Shown in pieces: positions 9,604 through 19,702 of a stretch of DNA of 64,000 bases. The DNA comes from Acidobacteriota bacterium (GTDB lineage: Bacteria; Acidobacteriota; UBA6911; RPQK01; JAJDTT01). The notes under the pieces are model-generated. The model saw only the letters and a program-made list of their open reading frames with translations, had not been told where the DNA came from and did not search any database. The DNA lies in the NCBI GenBank assembly GCA_965217775.1, contig CBDCJH010000002.1, positions 1,568,001 to 1,632,000 of the forward strand. Reading direction: 5' to 3'. Position numbers and translations under genes: made by a program. How positions within the stretch are numbered: position 1 is the first letter of the stretch; every line of letters begins with the position of its first letter.

Positions 9604-10587
9604 TCACGCAACCGGGGTGGAGAAAACGTCTCGCGTCAACTCCTCCGGGCCGGGGTAGGGACTCACGTCCGCGAATCGCACCGCGTCGGCGATCTCCTCC
9701 TCCGCCGATTTCCGGATCGACTCGGCTTCCTCAGCCGTCAGCATCCCCTCTTGGAGGAGATGGGCCCCAAGGCCCTGGATGGGATCGTGCTGGCCGGACC
9801 AATCCGAAATCTCCTCCTTGGTTCGATACTGCTGAGGGTCGCCGAAATTGTGGCCGTGGAAGCGGTAGGTCTTGCACTCCAGCAAGGTGGGCCCCTCGCC
9901 CCGGCGGGCGCGCTCGATGGCCTCGCCGGCCGCCTCGTAGACGGCCAGGACGTCCATGCCGTTCACCTGAGCACCGGGAATGCCGTAAGCGGAGGACATG
10001 GAGGCCACGTCGGTCACCAGGGTGATCTCCTCCTGGGGAGTCCACTGGGCGTACTGGTTGTTCTCGCAGACGTAGACCACGGGAAGGCGCCAGACGGCGC
10101 CCAGGTTGATGTTCTCGTGAAAGGGTCCGCGATTGACGGCGCCGTCTCCGAAGAAACAGACGGCGACCTGCCCGCTCTCCCGCATCTGCGCGGCCAGGCC
10201 GGCTCCCGTGGCCAAGCCGAAACCGCCCGCCACGATGCCGTTGGCTCCCAGCATCCCCACGGCGAAATCCGCGATATGCATGGAGCCCCCCTTCCCCTTG
10301 CAGTAGCCGGTGACGCGCCCGAACAGCTCAGCCATCATGCGCCGGACGTCGGCGCCCTTGGAGATGCAGTGGCCGTGGCCCCGGTGGGTGGAGGTGATGT
10401 AGTCGGCATCGGTGAGATGGGCGCAGATCCCGACTCCCACCGCCTCCTGTCCGATGTAGGTGTGCAGCGCCCCCAGCACCTTGCCCTGGCCGGACTGGTA
10501 CTCCGCCTGCTCTTCAAAGAGCCGGATGCGCCACATGACGGCGTACATTTTCAGCAGTTGTTCCGCTGTCGGTCCGTTAATTCCCAT
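9604..10587 (-). CDS. 2-oxoacid/acetoin dehydrogenase E1 alpha
   Basis: HTYIGQEA, STHRGHGH, GKGGSMH, TPP motif GDGA...ENN. Confidence 0.93.
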   Translation of the reverse strand: MGINGPTAEQLLKMYAVMWRIRLFEEQAEYQSGQGKVLGALHTYIGQEAVGVGICAHLTDADYITSTHRGHGHCISKGADVRRMMAELFGRVTGYCKGKGGSMHIADFAVGMLGANGIVAGGFGLATGAGLAAQMRESGQVAVCFFGDGAVNRGPFHENINLGAVWRLPVVYVCENNQYAQWTPQEEITLVTDVASMSSAYGIPGAQVNGMDVLAVYEAAGEAIERARRGEGPTLLECKTYRFHGHNFGDPQQYRTKEEISDWSGQHDPIQGLGAHLLQEGMLTAEEAESIRKSAEEEIADAVRFADVSPYPGPEELTRDVFSTPVA

Positions 10588-10630
10588 GGTGATGGTCTCT
10601 CCTCTGTCTCTCACGATTCCACGATTCTGC

Positions 10631-11434
10631 TCAGCGAGCCAGCCACCCTCCATCTACGTAAAGACTGTGCCCCGTGACCATGGCGGACGCGGAGCTGGCC
10701 AGATAGAGGATCGCGCCGGCCATGTCTCCAACTTGGGCCACGCGCCCCAGGGGAGTGTACTCCTCGATGGCCGTCCGCATCTCGGGAAGGTGCAGAATGG
10801 ACGCGGCCAGCGGCGTGTCGGTGAAGGTGGGAGCGATCTCGTTGACCCGGACTCCGTGGCGGCCCCATTCCGCCGCCAGTGCCCGGGTCAGGTTCACCAC
10901 CGCCCCCTTGGCGGCGTGGTAGGCCGAGTTGGGATACATTCCGCCTCCGCTGTGGCCCAGGATGGACGAGATGTTGACAATGCTGCCGCCTCCCCGGGCC
11001 GCCATCCGGCGACCCGCTTCCCGGCAACACAGGAAGGTGGAGGTCAGGTTCCTGGTGAGCACTTCGTTCCAGTCCGCCAGGCTCATCTCCATGGCCGGGA
11101 CGTGTTTCCCGCCACCCACGCTGTTGACCAACACGTCCAAGCGTCCGTACTCGTCCAGGACCTGCCCGAACCCGGCGGCAACCACCGGCTCCAGGGTCAC
11201 GTCCCATTCCCGGACCGCGGTTTGCCCCTCATCGCCGGCAATCTCCCCCGCGACCCGCTCAGCCGCCTCCCGGTTGCGGTCGGCCACCACCACTACGGCT
11301 CCGGCCTGGGCCAGGACATGGGCGGCCATGCGCCCAATGCTGCCGCCGCCGCCGGTGACCACTGCCACCTGGCCGTCCAGGCGAAAGAGTCTCTCGATCG
11401 CCGGGACGGAGGTTGACGGCTGGTCGGAGGTCAT
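10631..11434 (-). CDS. SDR family oxidoreductase
   Basis: TGGGGSIG, NISS, YHAAK. Confidence 0.92.
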   Translation of the reverse strand: MTSDQPSTSVPAIERLFRLDGQVAVVTGGGGSIGRMAAHVLAQAGAVVVVADRNREAAERVAGEIAGDEGQTAVREWDVTLEPVVAAGFGQVLDEYGRLDVLVNSVGGGKHVPAMEMSLADWNEVLTRNLTSTFLCCREAGRRMAARGGGSIVNISSILGHSGGGMYPNSAYHAAKGAVVNLTRALAAEWGRHGVRVNEIAPTFTDTPLAASILHLPEMRTAIEEYTPLGRVAQVGDMAGAILYLASSASAMVTGHSLYVDGGWLAR

Positions 11435-13140
11435 GGCGCAGGATCACCCGGAACCAATCTCAGTTGGGCTTTGAGGAGGGTCAACTCCTGACCGGGAGAG
11501 GACTCGCTGAGACCGGCCTCCACCAGGTTCTCCCCTCGCCGCAACGCGCCGGCTGCCAGTACGAAAGCGACTCGGGACGGGTCCGTCTCCGCCTCGGGCT
11601 GCAGCAACCGTCCTCCCGCCAGGGACTTCCCATTGAGGCTCAGGACCAACTGGTCCAACCGGGGCAGTGCGCCCTGCAGTTCCAGCGTGAGTTCGGCGCT
11701 TTCCAGGCGGCCTTCCTGCTCCAGGCGCGGGACGTCGTCACCGATGACGATGGGAATCTCGGTCCGCCCACGCGGCTCCAGGCGCGCCGGTAGAACGCCG
11801 GCGCTGGAGATGAAGGCGTAGGGGAACCAGACTTCTACGGCGGCCGAGTAGATCTTCTCCTTGCCTTCCAGCGCCTTGGGGTCGTCGATGCCGTCCAGAC
11901 AGGCGTAGACACGTTTCCGGAGCGCCCGCCACCGGGCCTCGTCGCGGATCTGTTCCCAGGGAGCCGTCAGATTCCAGAAATAGATTCCGTCGGCGCCGGC
12001 GGCATACCACTTGGCGGCCAGGGCCCGGGTCATCTCGTCTCCCTTGCCGTCCATCAGTTGGCCGGGATTGTTGATGCAGGGATAGAGAGGCACGCCGTAG
12101 ACATGGGCCGCCTGGGCCATCTTCGCCACGGGAAGGGAGAAATGCGCGTAACCCCCTCCCAGGAACAGCATGTTTACCAGACCTTCGCGCATCCAGGTGT
12201 CCAGATCCAGGCCGATGCCCAGGGAAAGTTCCAGGTCATCCGGAGTCCGAACCGCCAGCAGGAGAGGCCGTCCGCGCTCCTGTCCGATCTCGTCCATGCG
12301 CTGCCGAACCCTCCGGATGAAGGCAGTCATGAGGGAGACCTGCTCGGGGGTGATGGTCCCTCCTTCGAAGATGCTCTTGAAGAGGACGGGATGCCGGATG
12401 AAGTCCAGCTCGACGCCGTCCAGGTCGTACCGGAGGCAGACCTCCTCGATGATCTCGAATTTGCGGTCCCGGACGATCTGGTGGGTGAAGTCCAGAGCCG
12501 TGGAGTAGAGGTTGGCCACCGGGGAACCGGGAAAGGCGGGTTCGGCGATGGCCGTCTGCAGTCCGCGAGTGCTCACCAGGAACTCTCGATTGTCAAGCTT
12601 CCAGCGGGAGAGGTGCCCCTCGACGAAGCTGTCGTGAACGTCGTTCATGCGCAACGAGGCGAAGGCCTCCATTCCATGCTCATGGGCGAAGTCGGTGACG
12701 ATCTTCAGGGGGCAGGTGCCGGCTTCGACCAGGGTCTTGAGGTTGGCCGCGTACGGGTTCATGTAGTCCGGGCGGTCAAATTGTTGGGCGTCTCCGTAGA
12801 TCGGTTGGATGCGACTGTCGTAGGAGGGGGCGTCGCCTGCCAGGATCGACCAGCTGATGGTGGTCACGGGGGTTCCCGGAAGGGCCTCGAGCCGGGGCGC
12901 CAGGAAGCCTTCGACGGTGGAGGCTCCAGGGTGCATGAGAACCGCCGAGTCCCCGTTGAAGATCACACGGTGTTTTCGGGTCTCGGTCTGAGCGGTTCCT
13001 TCCTGCTGAGCCGGATCGACGGCGCAAGCGGCGAGGAAGCCGACCAGCAACAAGGGAAAGACGACTAGACTCCCGGCGGCTCGGGAGACGAGGCGTTCCG
13101 GACCACACCAGTTTGGACAAGAGGGATGCTTCCTGATCAT
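11431..13140 (-). CDS. Putative lipoprotein, GHL10/DUF187-like TIM-barrel glycoside hydrolase-like
   Basis: Hydrophobic stretch plus LAAC lipobox; SLRMNDVH, YDLDGVELDFIRHP, GADGIYFWN. Confidence 0.7.
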   Translation of the reverse strand: MIRKHPSCPNWCGPERLVSRAAGSLVVFPLLLVGFLAACAVDPAQQEGTAQTETRKHRVIFNGDSAVLMHPGASTVEGFLAPRLEALPGTPVTTISWSILAGDAPSYDSRIQPIYGDAQQFDRPDYMNPYAANLKTLVEAGTCPLKIVTDFAHEHGMEAFASLRMNDVHDSFVEGHLSRWKLDNREFLVSTRGLQTAIAEPAFPGSPVANLYSTALDFTHQIVRDRKFEIIEEVCLRYDLDGVELDFIRHPVLFKSIFEGGTITPEQVSLMTAFIRRVRQRMDEIGQERGRPLLLAVRTPDDLELSLGIGLDLDTWMREGLVNMLFLGGGYAHFSLPVAKMAQAAHVYGVPLYPCINNPGQLMDGKGDEMTRALAAKWYAAGADGIYFWNLTAPWEQIRDEARWRALRKRVYACLDGIDDPKALEGKEKIYSAAVEVWFPYAFISSAGVLPARLEPRGRTEIPIVIGDDVPRLEQEGRLESAELTLELQGALPRLDQLVLSLNGKSLAGGRLLQPEAETDPSRVAFVLAAGALRRGENLVEAGLSESSPGQELTLLKAQLRLVPGDPAP

Positions 13141-13239
13141 AGAGTCCTCGCAGTCGCGTTGGCCTCCAAGGTTGTTCGAGTGCGGGCGCCGAAGGCGCCG
13201 TGGGAGGATCATAACTCACCGGCGAGGGAGGGGAAAATT

Positions 13240-13350
13240 GGAGCGGCGGCTTCCTAGCTGCCGACCTCCCAATGAACGGGTCCGGCGATAATTTAACCGC
13301 CGAGCTCCGAACGTGCGTCGGGACGTTGGGGGACTAAAAGTCCGCCCTCC
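13240..13350. repeat. REP/REPIN-like element (GGAG family)
   Basis: GGAGCGGCGGCTTCCTAGCTGCCGA ... GGGGACTAAAAGTCCGCCCTCC. Confidence 0.6.
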
Positions 13351-13362
13351 TAATCCCCCCTC

Positions 13363-14484
13363 CTAACCCACCTTGTAGATGACATAGTCGCCGTAGCCGG
13401 TGATGATCCGCATGTAGCCGGAGAGTTCCTGGTCCAGGGCCGGGTCACCCGTATCCACCAGCAGCGGGCGGCCTCCCAGGGAGACGAGTTTCTCCTTGGT
13501 GGCGATGATCAGGATGTTCTCCCGGCCCACCTGGCGAATGACTTCAGGGCTGATCTGCTGGTTTCCCCGGCCCAGGATATGCCCCTGACCTCCGATTGCC
13601 GTCACCACGACCTTGGCCCTGTGTCCGTCGATCAGATCCAGGAGTTGGCGCGCCGTGACGTCGTTGGCGAGCAGCTTCTTGTTCCGCACCACGTCCACCC
13701 CCAGCAGCGTGTTCTCGAGCTCCAGGGCCTGGAGGATGCCCCGCGTCGTGGTTCCCGGTCCCACGGCGAAGATACAGTCCGGATCCTCCATCTCTCTCAG
13801 CACCTCCGCGCAGATTCCCTGGAGGGCTTCCGCCTCGTGGACGACTCCTCCCGCCTTCACGTTCTGGACGAACCGGTTCTCCTCCGGGACCCGCAGGTAT
13901 CCGTAGAGTTTGGCGCGGACAACTCCGGCCCGGAAGGCCTCCTCATCGATGTCCATGACCTCGGAGGACCGCATTCGCAGCAGACGGCGCTGCAGCCAGA
14001 GGACCACCAGCTCGCCGGCACTCCGGGGGGTCACGGCATAGACGGCCGAGTGGATCTTTACGCCCGCCGGAACCCCCAGAACCGGCACCTGCTCGCCGAC
14101 GGCGTGGTAGAGGTCGCGCGCGGTTCCGTCCCCTCCGGCGAAGAGGATCAGGTCGGCTCCGGCGGCCGCCATCTCCCGGGCAGCCCGCCGGGTGTCTTCG
14201 GGAGTCGTATGCTCGCCGTCGGTCCGTCCGATGACGGATGCGGGGAGGCCCGCCAGGGCGCAGGAATGCTCCCCCATCTGGTCGGGGTAGGTGAGGACTC
14301 GGGCCTGGTCCTTGAATTCGGAGACGGCCTTCAGCGTCTGGGCCATCCGCCCCGGGGCTTCGGGCCTGGCCCCCAGCTCGCGGGCGCGGCGCAGGATCTC
14401 GATCCCGTCGCTTCCCTTGAGTCCCACCCGGCCGCCCATGCCGGCCACGGGATTGACGATGACGCCGAGAGTGCGCCGAGGCAT
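13363..14484 (-). CDS. ATP-NAD kinase family (AcoX-like) protein
   Basis: VNPVAGMGGRVGLKGSDG, FAGGDGT, PAGVKIHSAVYA, GRGNQQIS. Confidence 0.88.
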   Translation of the reverse strand: MPRRTLGVIVNPVAGMGGRVGLKGSDGIEILRRARELGARPEAPGRMAQTLKAVSEFKDQARVLTYPDQMGEHSCALAGLPASVIGRTDGEHTTPEDTRRAAREMAAAGADLILFAGGDGTARDLYHAVGEQVPVLGVPAGVKIHSAVYAVTPRSAGELVVLWLQRRLLRMRSSEVMDIDEEAFRAGVVRAKLYGYLRVPEENRFVQNVKAGGVVHEAEALQGICAEVLREMEDPDCIFAVGPGTTTRGILQALELENTLLGVDVVRNKKLLANDVTARQLLDLIDGHRAKVVVTAIGGQGHILGRGNQQISPEVIRQVGRENILIIATKEKLVSLGGRPLLVDTGDPALDQELSGYMRIITGYGDYVIYKVG

Positions 14485-16058
14485 TACTCGGAACTGTTGG
14501 CCGCTTGTTTCTTAACGTACTGGCGCCAGGTCACTGCGATCCGCTCGGGCTCGTCGATGCTGGGCGCCGGCACCTTGTGAATGGCCGAATTATGCGGCGC
14601 GGTCTTGACCAGTTCCGGATTCTCGTAGGCTTCCTTGGAGATCTGGCGCAGCACGGCCACGTACTCGTCGATGTCGTCCTTGGAATAGGACTCGCACGGC
14701 TCCAGAGTGAAGGGCTCGGGGACGATCCAGGGGTGATGGCTGGGCCAGTAGTGCTGGATCCCGTAGTCGGCGATTCTCCGGTTGATGTCGTCCGTTCCCA
14801 CGCCGGTGTCCCGATTCAGCTTGTCCCAACTGTAGCGCACCTGCTCCAGGCGCCGTTTTCCTTCCGAGTACCAGATGACGACCCCCGGCACCTCGCTCAG
14901 CTTCTTCAGCATGTAGTTGTTGTTGAGCACGGAGCACTCGGCCACTTCCCGCAGTCCGTCGGCGCCGAGCTGCATGACCCAGGCGTAGGCCTTGAGGACG
15001 CCCTGGGCGTTGCCCAGAAAGGAACGGACCCGGCCGATGCTTTCCGGATCGCCCTGGTAGTCCAGGGAGTAGCGTTCGCCGTCGAATTCGACCCGGGGCA
15101 GGGGAAGATACGGTTTCAACTCGTCGACCACCCCGACGGCGCCGATGGCGGGTCCCATGCAGGCGTGGGGCATGGAGAAGGTCTTGTGAACGTTGAAGTG
15201 GCAGAGATCGAAACCCGCCTCTTTCGCCCGCGTCACCCCCAGGAGCCCGTTGGCGTTGGCCTGATCGTAGCTGCAGAGGGCGCCCACGCCGTGGGCGATG
15301 TCGACGAATTCCCTGATCTGGGGGTTGTAGAGACCCGTGTCCTCCGGGTTGGTGATGAAGATGCCCGCGGTCCGTTCGGAAACGGCCGCCTTCATGGCGT
15401 CCAGGTGCGGGTAGCCGGTCTCGTCCGGCATCAGGGTGACGACCTTGTAGCCGGCGGTGGCGCCGGTGGCCGCATCGCAGGGGTGGGAGAACATGGTGGT
15501 GATCACCTCGTCCCGCTGGTGATCGCCTCGGGAGGCGTGGTAGGCGCGCACCATGGAGGCGTTGGTAAAGACCCCCTGGGCGCCGCCTCCGGGCTGGAAA
15601 CTGAACCGGTCCAGGCCCGAGATCTCCTTCAGGAACTGCTCGAACTGGTAGTAGACATGGAGGATTCCCTGGATCGTGCTCTCGTCCTGCAGGGGGTGGA
15701 GCTCGGCCATGCCCGGGTTTCGGGTGGCCACGTGCTCCTGAATCTTGGGACTGTACTTCATGGTGCAGGTCCCCTGGCTGATGTCGATGTTGACGTCGGT
15801 GCCCAGCGTCTCCTGGGAGAGGCGCAGGTAGTGGCGGTTCACCCGCATCTGGTTGATTTCCGGCAGGGCCGGCGGGCGTTTCCGTCTCAGGTTCTCAGGA
15901 ATCCGGGACCATCCGTCTCCCACCGCCTCCTGGATGCCGGGTTCCGCCCGGGGAACCAGAATGCCCCGTTCGCCGGGCACGTGCATCTCGCAGATGATCT
16001 CCTCGTCCCATCGAGCCTGGTGGTATTTCCTGAGCAACGTCTCACGGTCTCTGCCCAT
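14484..16058 (-). CDS. gcvPB: Glycine dehydrogenase-like P protein subunit 2 (divergent)
   Basis: GTCTMKYSP, PLP lysine in HFNVHKTF. Confidence 0.88.
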   Translation of the reverse strand: MGRDRETLLRKYHQARWDEEIICEMHVPGERGILVPRAEPGIQEAVGDGWSRIPENLRRKRPPALPEINQMRVNRHYLRLSQETLGTDVNIDISQGTCTMKYSPKIQEHVATRNPGMAELHPLQDESTIQGILHVYYQFEQFLKEISGLDRFSFQPGGGAQGVFTNASMVRAYHASRGDHQRDEVITTMFSHPCDAATGATAGYKVVTLMPDETGYPHLDAMKAAVSERTAGIFITNPEDTGLYNPQIREFVDIAHGVGALCSYDQANANGLLGVTRAKEAGFDLCHFNVHKTFSMPHACMGPAIGAVGVVDELKPYLPLPRVEFDGERYSLDYQGDPESIGRVRSFLGNAQGVLKAYAWVMQLGADGLREVAECSVLNNNYMLKKLSEVPGVVIWYSEGKRRLEQVRYSWDKLNRDTGVGTDDINRRIADYGIQHYWPSHHPWIVPEPFTLEPCESYSKDDIDEYVAVLRQISKEAYENPELVKTAPHNSAIHKVPAPSIDEPERIAVTWRQYVKKQAANSSE

Positions 16059-16109
16059 GGTCCCGATCTCCTTTCCGGTTCCGGATTTTTCCGGCCGTCA
16101 GATCCTGTC

Positions 16110-17513
16110 TCAGCTGCAGCACTCGCCCAGGGCGCGGGCCAGCGAGTGGATGTCGTCCTGGGTGATTCTTTCCGTCACGCAATAGAGGGCGCTCTGGCCC
16201 AACTCGGGAAACTCTCCGGAGAGATCCTTGCCACCGAAGATCTTGCGGTCCAGGAGCGCGGAGTTGATCTCGCTGATGCTCTTGCCGGTCCCGTCGAAGT
16301 TCACGACGAATTCCTTGAAGAAAGGAGTGTCCGCATTGACCTGGACGCCCGGTATCCGGGCAATCTGCTGAGCGGCGTACTGGGACTTCTGGAGGATGGT
16401 TTGGCCGATCTCCTCCATCCCCCGAGGACCCATCAACGCCAGGTAGACACCGGCCGTGATGGCCCAGAGTCCCGTAGTGGTACCCGTGTACTCCTTGCCT
16501 TGTTCCCGGGAACCGTAGGAGGTCCGGTCGAAGAGCACCTCGCCGAAGCCCCACTCCCCCTCTCGGACGGTCTCGGTGAGGCCGAACATGAGGTCCTTGA
16601 ACTCGGCCACGTATCGCATATCGCCATGAGTGGCGATGAAGCCTCCTTGTCCGCCGCCGCACTGGATATGCATTCCAAGAGGCTGGAAGTCTCCACAGGC
16701 GAAGGTCCCGCCGTAGTGGGCCGGAGGCGCCAGGACTCCCAGGGAAATGGGGTCGGTATAAACGACGAACTCGGCGCCGGCGTCGCGGGCGATCTTTCCG
16801 ATCTCCTCGGCCTGGGTCTCGATGGTGCCCAGATACCCGGGATTCTCGATGAGCACCGCCGCCGTGTTCGACGAGACCTGGGACCGCAGTTGTTCCAGGT
16901 TCAGAAGGCCTGTGCCGGGATCGAAATCGACGGTCCGGATGGAGACCTGGGGCTCGCCGATGCCACCCAGGTAATTGCGGACCACCGCCATCAGATCCGG
17001 ACTCGCTGACCGGGGAACCAGGACCCCGTTTCTGCCGGTGGTCCGGGAGGCCATCCTCAGTGACGTGGCCGCGGCCGCTGGACCGTCGTAGAGGGGGCAA
17101 CTCAAGACGTCCATGTCCAGCAGCTCCCCCATGAGGCTGGCGTACTCGAAGAGGGCCTGCCATTTGCCGTGATCGGCGTAAGGCTCGCCCACGTAGGCCG
17201 TCACGAACTCGCCGCGGCTGCTGATCTCGTCGCAGACGGCCGGGACGTGGTGCTGGGCGCAACCGGCGCCGAGAAAATTCAGATGGTCGTCACAGTTGCG
17301 GTTCCGGTCCAGGATCTCCTCCAGGTGCCGTTTCAAGGAGTACTCGTCCAGAATCGGCTCCGGGAGGTCCATCCTCTGCTTCAGGATCAACTCGTCGGGA
17401 ATCTCCTCGTAGAGATCCATGATGTCCTGGGCGCCCACCTCCTTGAGCATCTGGGCTTTGATTTCGGGGACCGAATTGGGGATGTAGGGGTAGACGATCC
17501 GCTTTTGACTCAC
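16110..17513 (-). CDS. gcvPA: Glycine dehydrogenase-like P protein subunit 1
   Basis: YIPN, FLGAGCAQHHVPAV, ALFEY, GREKA-like SREQGKEY; GTG start with GGAGG RBS. Confidence 0.88.
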   Translation of the reverse strand: MSQKRIVYPYIPNSVPEIKAQMLKEVGAQDIMDLYEEIPDELILKQRMDLPEPILDEYSLKRHLEEILDRNRNCDDHLNFLGAGCAQHHVPAVCDEISSRGEFVTAYVGEPYADHGKWQALFEYASLMGELLDMDVLSCPLYDGPAAAATSLRMASRTTGRNGVLVPRSASPDLMAVVRNYLGGIGEPQVSIRTVDFDPGTGLLNLEQLRSQVSSNTAAVLIENPGYLGTIETQAEEIGKIARDAGAEFVVYTDPISLGVLAPPAHYGGTFACGDFQPLGMHIQCGGGQGGFIATHGDMRYVAEFKDLMFGLTETVREGEWGFGEVLFDRTSYGSREQGKEYTGTTTGLWAITAGVYLALMGPRGMEEIGQTILQKSQYAAQQIARIPGVQVNADTPFFKEFVVNFDGTGKSISEINSALLDRKIFGGKDLSGEFPELGQSALYCVTERITQDDIHSLARALGECCS

Positions 17514-17615
17514 GTTGCTCCTCCGTCTGCTCGACTCGGCGGCATCGGGGGGAAGACTTCCCGCTGCCGATCGCGCTCAGTCTACTACGACCAAGGCCGG
17601 AAAATACAAGGGCCG

Positions 17616-17693
17616 GGAGCGGCGGTTTCCAACCGCCGAACTCCGGAGCAAAATACCGCAAGAAGGGAAAGGGCGATCGGAAATCGCCCCTCC
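17616..17693. repeat. REP/REPIN-like element (GGAG family)
   Basis: GGAGCGGCGGTTTCCAACCGCCGA ... GGGCGATCGGAAATCGCCCCTCC. Confidence 0.7.
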
Positions 17694-17768
17694 AAGGCAG
17701 CGGCTATGTTCCAGGTTTCGCCTGGGGCCGCTTTGATGCAATCCGGACGGTTTCGTACACTGAAGAGC

Positions 17769-18368
17769 ATGCGCAAGGAGGCCTCCCCGGATCATCCCGT
17801 TCACGAACTCATCTCGACGCGCTGGAGTCCGTACGCGTTCTCCAAGCGACCAATACCGCGCGAACACCTGCTTTCCATCTTTGAGGCGGCACGCTGGGCA
17901 GCCTCCTCATTCAACGAACAGCCGTGGCGCTACATCGTTGCGAATCGCGATCGGAAGGACGATTTTGAAAAGGTCCTGAGCTGCTTGCTCAAGGGCAACC
18001 AGGCTTGGGCACGGGAAGTCCCAACGCTCGCCCTGGGATGCACCAGGATCACCTTCTCCCAAAACGGCAAGCCCAACCGCGTTGCGCAACACGATCTGGG
18101 ACTTGCGTCTGCGAGCCTCACCTTCGAGGCCACGAGCCGGGGAGTCTACGTGCATCAGATGGCCGGGATCCTGCCCGGCAAGGCAAGGGAAGTCTTTGCT
18201 GTCCCGGACGAATTCGAGGTCGTGACGGCGCTCGCGTTGGGCTATCGGGCTGACCTGGGTGCTCAAGCCCGGGAACTGCGGGCACGAGACGAGAACCTGC
18301 GCACACGGCGGCCGCTGGATGAGTTCGTGTTCGGCGCCGAGTGGGGCGAGCCAGGGCTCGGGTCGTAA
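17769..18368 (+). CDS. Nitroreductase family protein
   Basis: RWSPYAF, AARWAASSFNEQPWRY, VHQMAG; real start ATG 17769 inside the longer ORF. Confidence 0.9.
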   Translation: MRKEASPDHPVHELISTRWSPYAFSKRPIPREHLLSIFEAARWAASSFNEQPWRYIVANRDRKDDFEKVLSCLLKGNQAWAREVPTLALGCTRITFSQNGKPNRVAQHDLGLASASLTFEATSRGVYVHQMAGILPGKAREVFAVPDEFEVVTALALGYRADLGAQARELRARDENLRTRRPLDEFVFGAEWGEPGLGS

Positions 18369-18421
18369 CGCCAAGGTTCACAATCGAATAAGGCAGGCCG
18401 ACATCCTGCCGGCTGAGGTCG

Positions 18422-19690
18422 CTACTCCTGGATCCGGTAGAGGTGCGTCGTCGTGCGCAGGAAGAGCGCTCCGTCGGCCACCGCCGGCGAGGCCATGAAA
18501 CCGTCGTCCAGCTTGTTTCGAGCCAGAATTTCCAGGGTATCGCCCGGTTGAATGATGGTGGCGAGGCCGTCTTCGTCAAAGAAGTGAATCCGGCCGCTGG
18601 CAAAGAGAACCGAGGAGGAGTGGAGCCCCCCGATTCGTTCCTTCCAGATCTCCTTTCCATTCTTGAAGTCGATGCAGGTCGCGATCCCGTCGTTGCTCAC
18701 CATGTAGATGCGCCCCTCGACCAGAACCGGTGAGGAGCGCTTGGGAGCGCCTCGGGCGTGCTTCCACGCGACATGGGATCCGGTCACGTCGCCCCGGCCG
18801 CCGAGACGGACCGCCCAGATTTGGGCCGTACCGCCGATGTGCCCCGTGCCGATCCCGACTTGCCCGTCCGAATAGAGGGTCCGGGGGGCCGAGGAGTGGC
18901 CCACATGGCGAATCTGCCAGATCTCCCGACCGGTGCGGGGATCGTATCCGTAAGCCCCCTTGGCGCCGGGGCTGATGAGCTGCAGCTCTCCCTTGAAATC
19001 GACCACCAGCGGTGTATTGTAGGCCTTCCGGAAGTCCCCGGACGCGCGGGGTCGACCGTCCTCCTCCAAGTCGCCGTAGTCAACCGAACGAAAGGTCACC
19101 CACCGGTTGGTGCCGGTCGTCTTGTCCAGAGCCACCACGTACTGAACGTCGGCACCGTCCATCTGCAGGAACAGGAGGTCCTCCCAGAGCAGAGGCGAAG
19201 ACGCCGGACCTCGCCAATGATCGCAGGGGAGGTCCCGGCGTTGCCAGAGAACCTCAAAGGTCCCGGTGTCCAGGCAGGCGGTCCCATAGCTCCCGAAATG
19301 GATATAGACCCGACCCTCCTCGATGGTCGGCGAGGGACTGGCATAGGTGTTGACGGGGTTGTTCAGGGCACGAGGTCTGGCGACGTCGAAGAGCTTCCGA
19401 TCCAGGAGAATCTGTCCGCTGTCCCGGTCGATGCAGAGCACCGACAGAATCTTGCCGTCCTCCGTGGCGGTGGTGAGCCAGACCTGTTTTCCCCAGATCA
19501 CGGGAGAGGACCAGCCAAGCCCGTGAATGGGCGTCTTCCAGCGAACGTTGAGCGTCTCACTCCAGCGCAGGGGCAGGCTCGCCACCTCGGACACGCCGTC
19601 CCGGCGGGGGCCCCGGTAGTCGGGCCAGTTGCCGAACAGGGAGATGCTGGCAAAGCACGCGGCCAGGAGCAGGATCGATGATTGTTTCAT
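18422..19690 (-). CDS. Secreted PQQ-binding-like beta-propeller protein (copy 2)
   Basis: Signal peptide, WPDYRGP, WSSPVIWG, ASSP repeats, FMASPA. Confidence 0.88.
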   Translation of the reverse strand: MKQSSILLLAACFASISLFGNWPDYRGPRRDGVSEVASLPLRWSETLNVRWKTPIHGLGWSSPVIWGKQVWLTTATEDGKILSVLCIDRDSGQILLDRKLFDVARPRALNNPVNTYASPSPTIEEGRVYIHFGSYGTACLDTGTFEVLWQRRDLPCDHWRGPASSPLLWEDLLFLQMDGADVQYVVALDKTTGTNRWVTFRSVDYGDLEEDGRPRASGDFRKAYNTPLVVDFKGELQLISPGAKGAYGYDPRTGREIWQIRHVGHSSAPRTLYSDGQVGIGTGHIGGTAQIWAVRLGGRGDVTGSHVAWKHARGAPKRSSPVLVEGRIYMVSNDGIATCIDFKNGKEIWKERIGGLHSSSVLFASGRIHFFDEDGLATIIQPGDTLEILARNKLDDGFMASPAVADGALFLRTTTHLYRIQE

Positions 19691-19702
19691 ATCCGCCAAT
19701 CG

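Noticed and set aside
8416-10677. Long antisense ORFs (also 14505-17009, 19844-21931, 34581-36785 and others)
   Set aside because: Shadow frames of well-supported genes on the opposite strand in GC-rich DNA.
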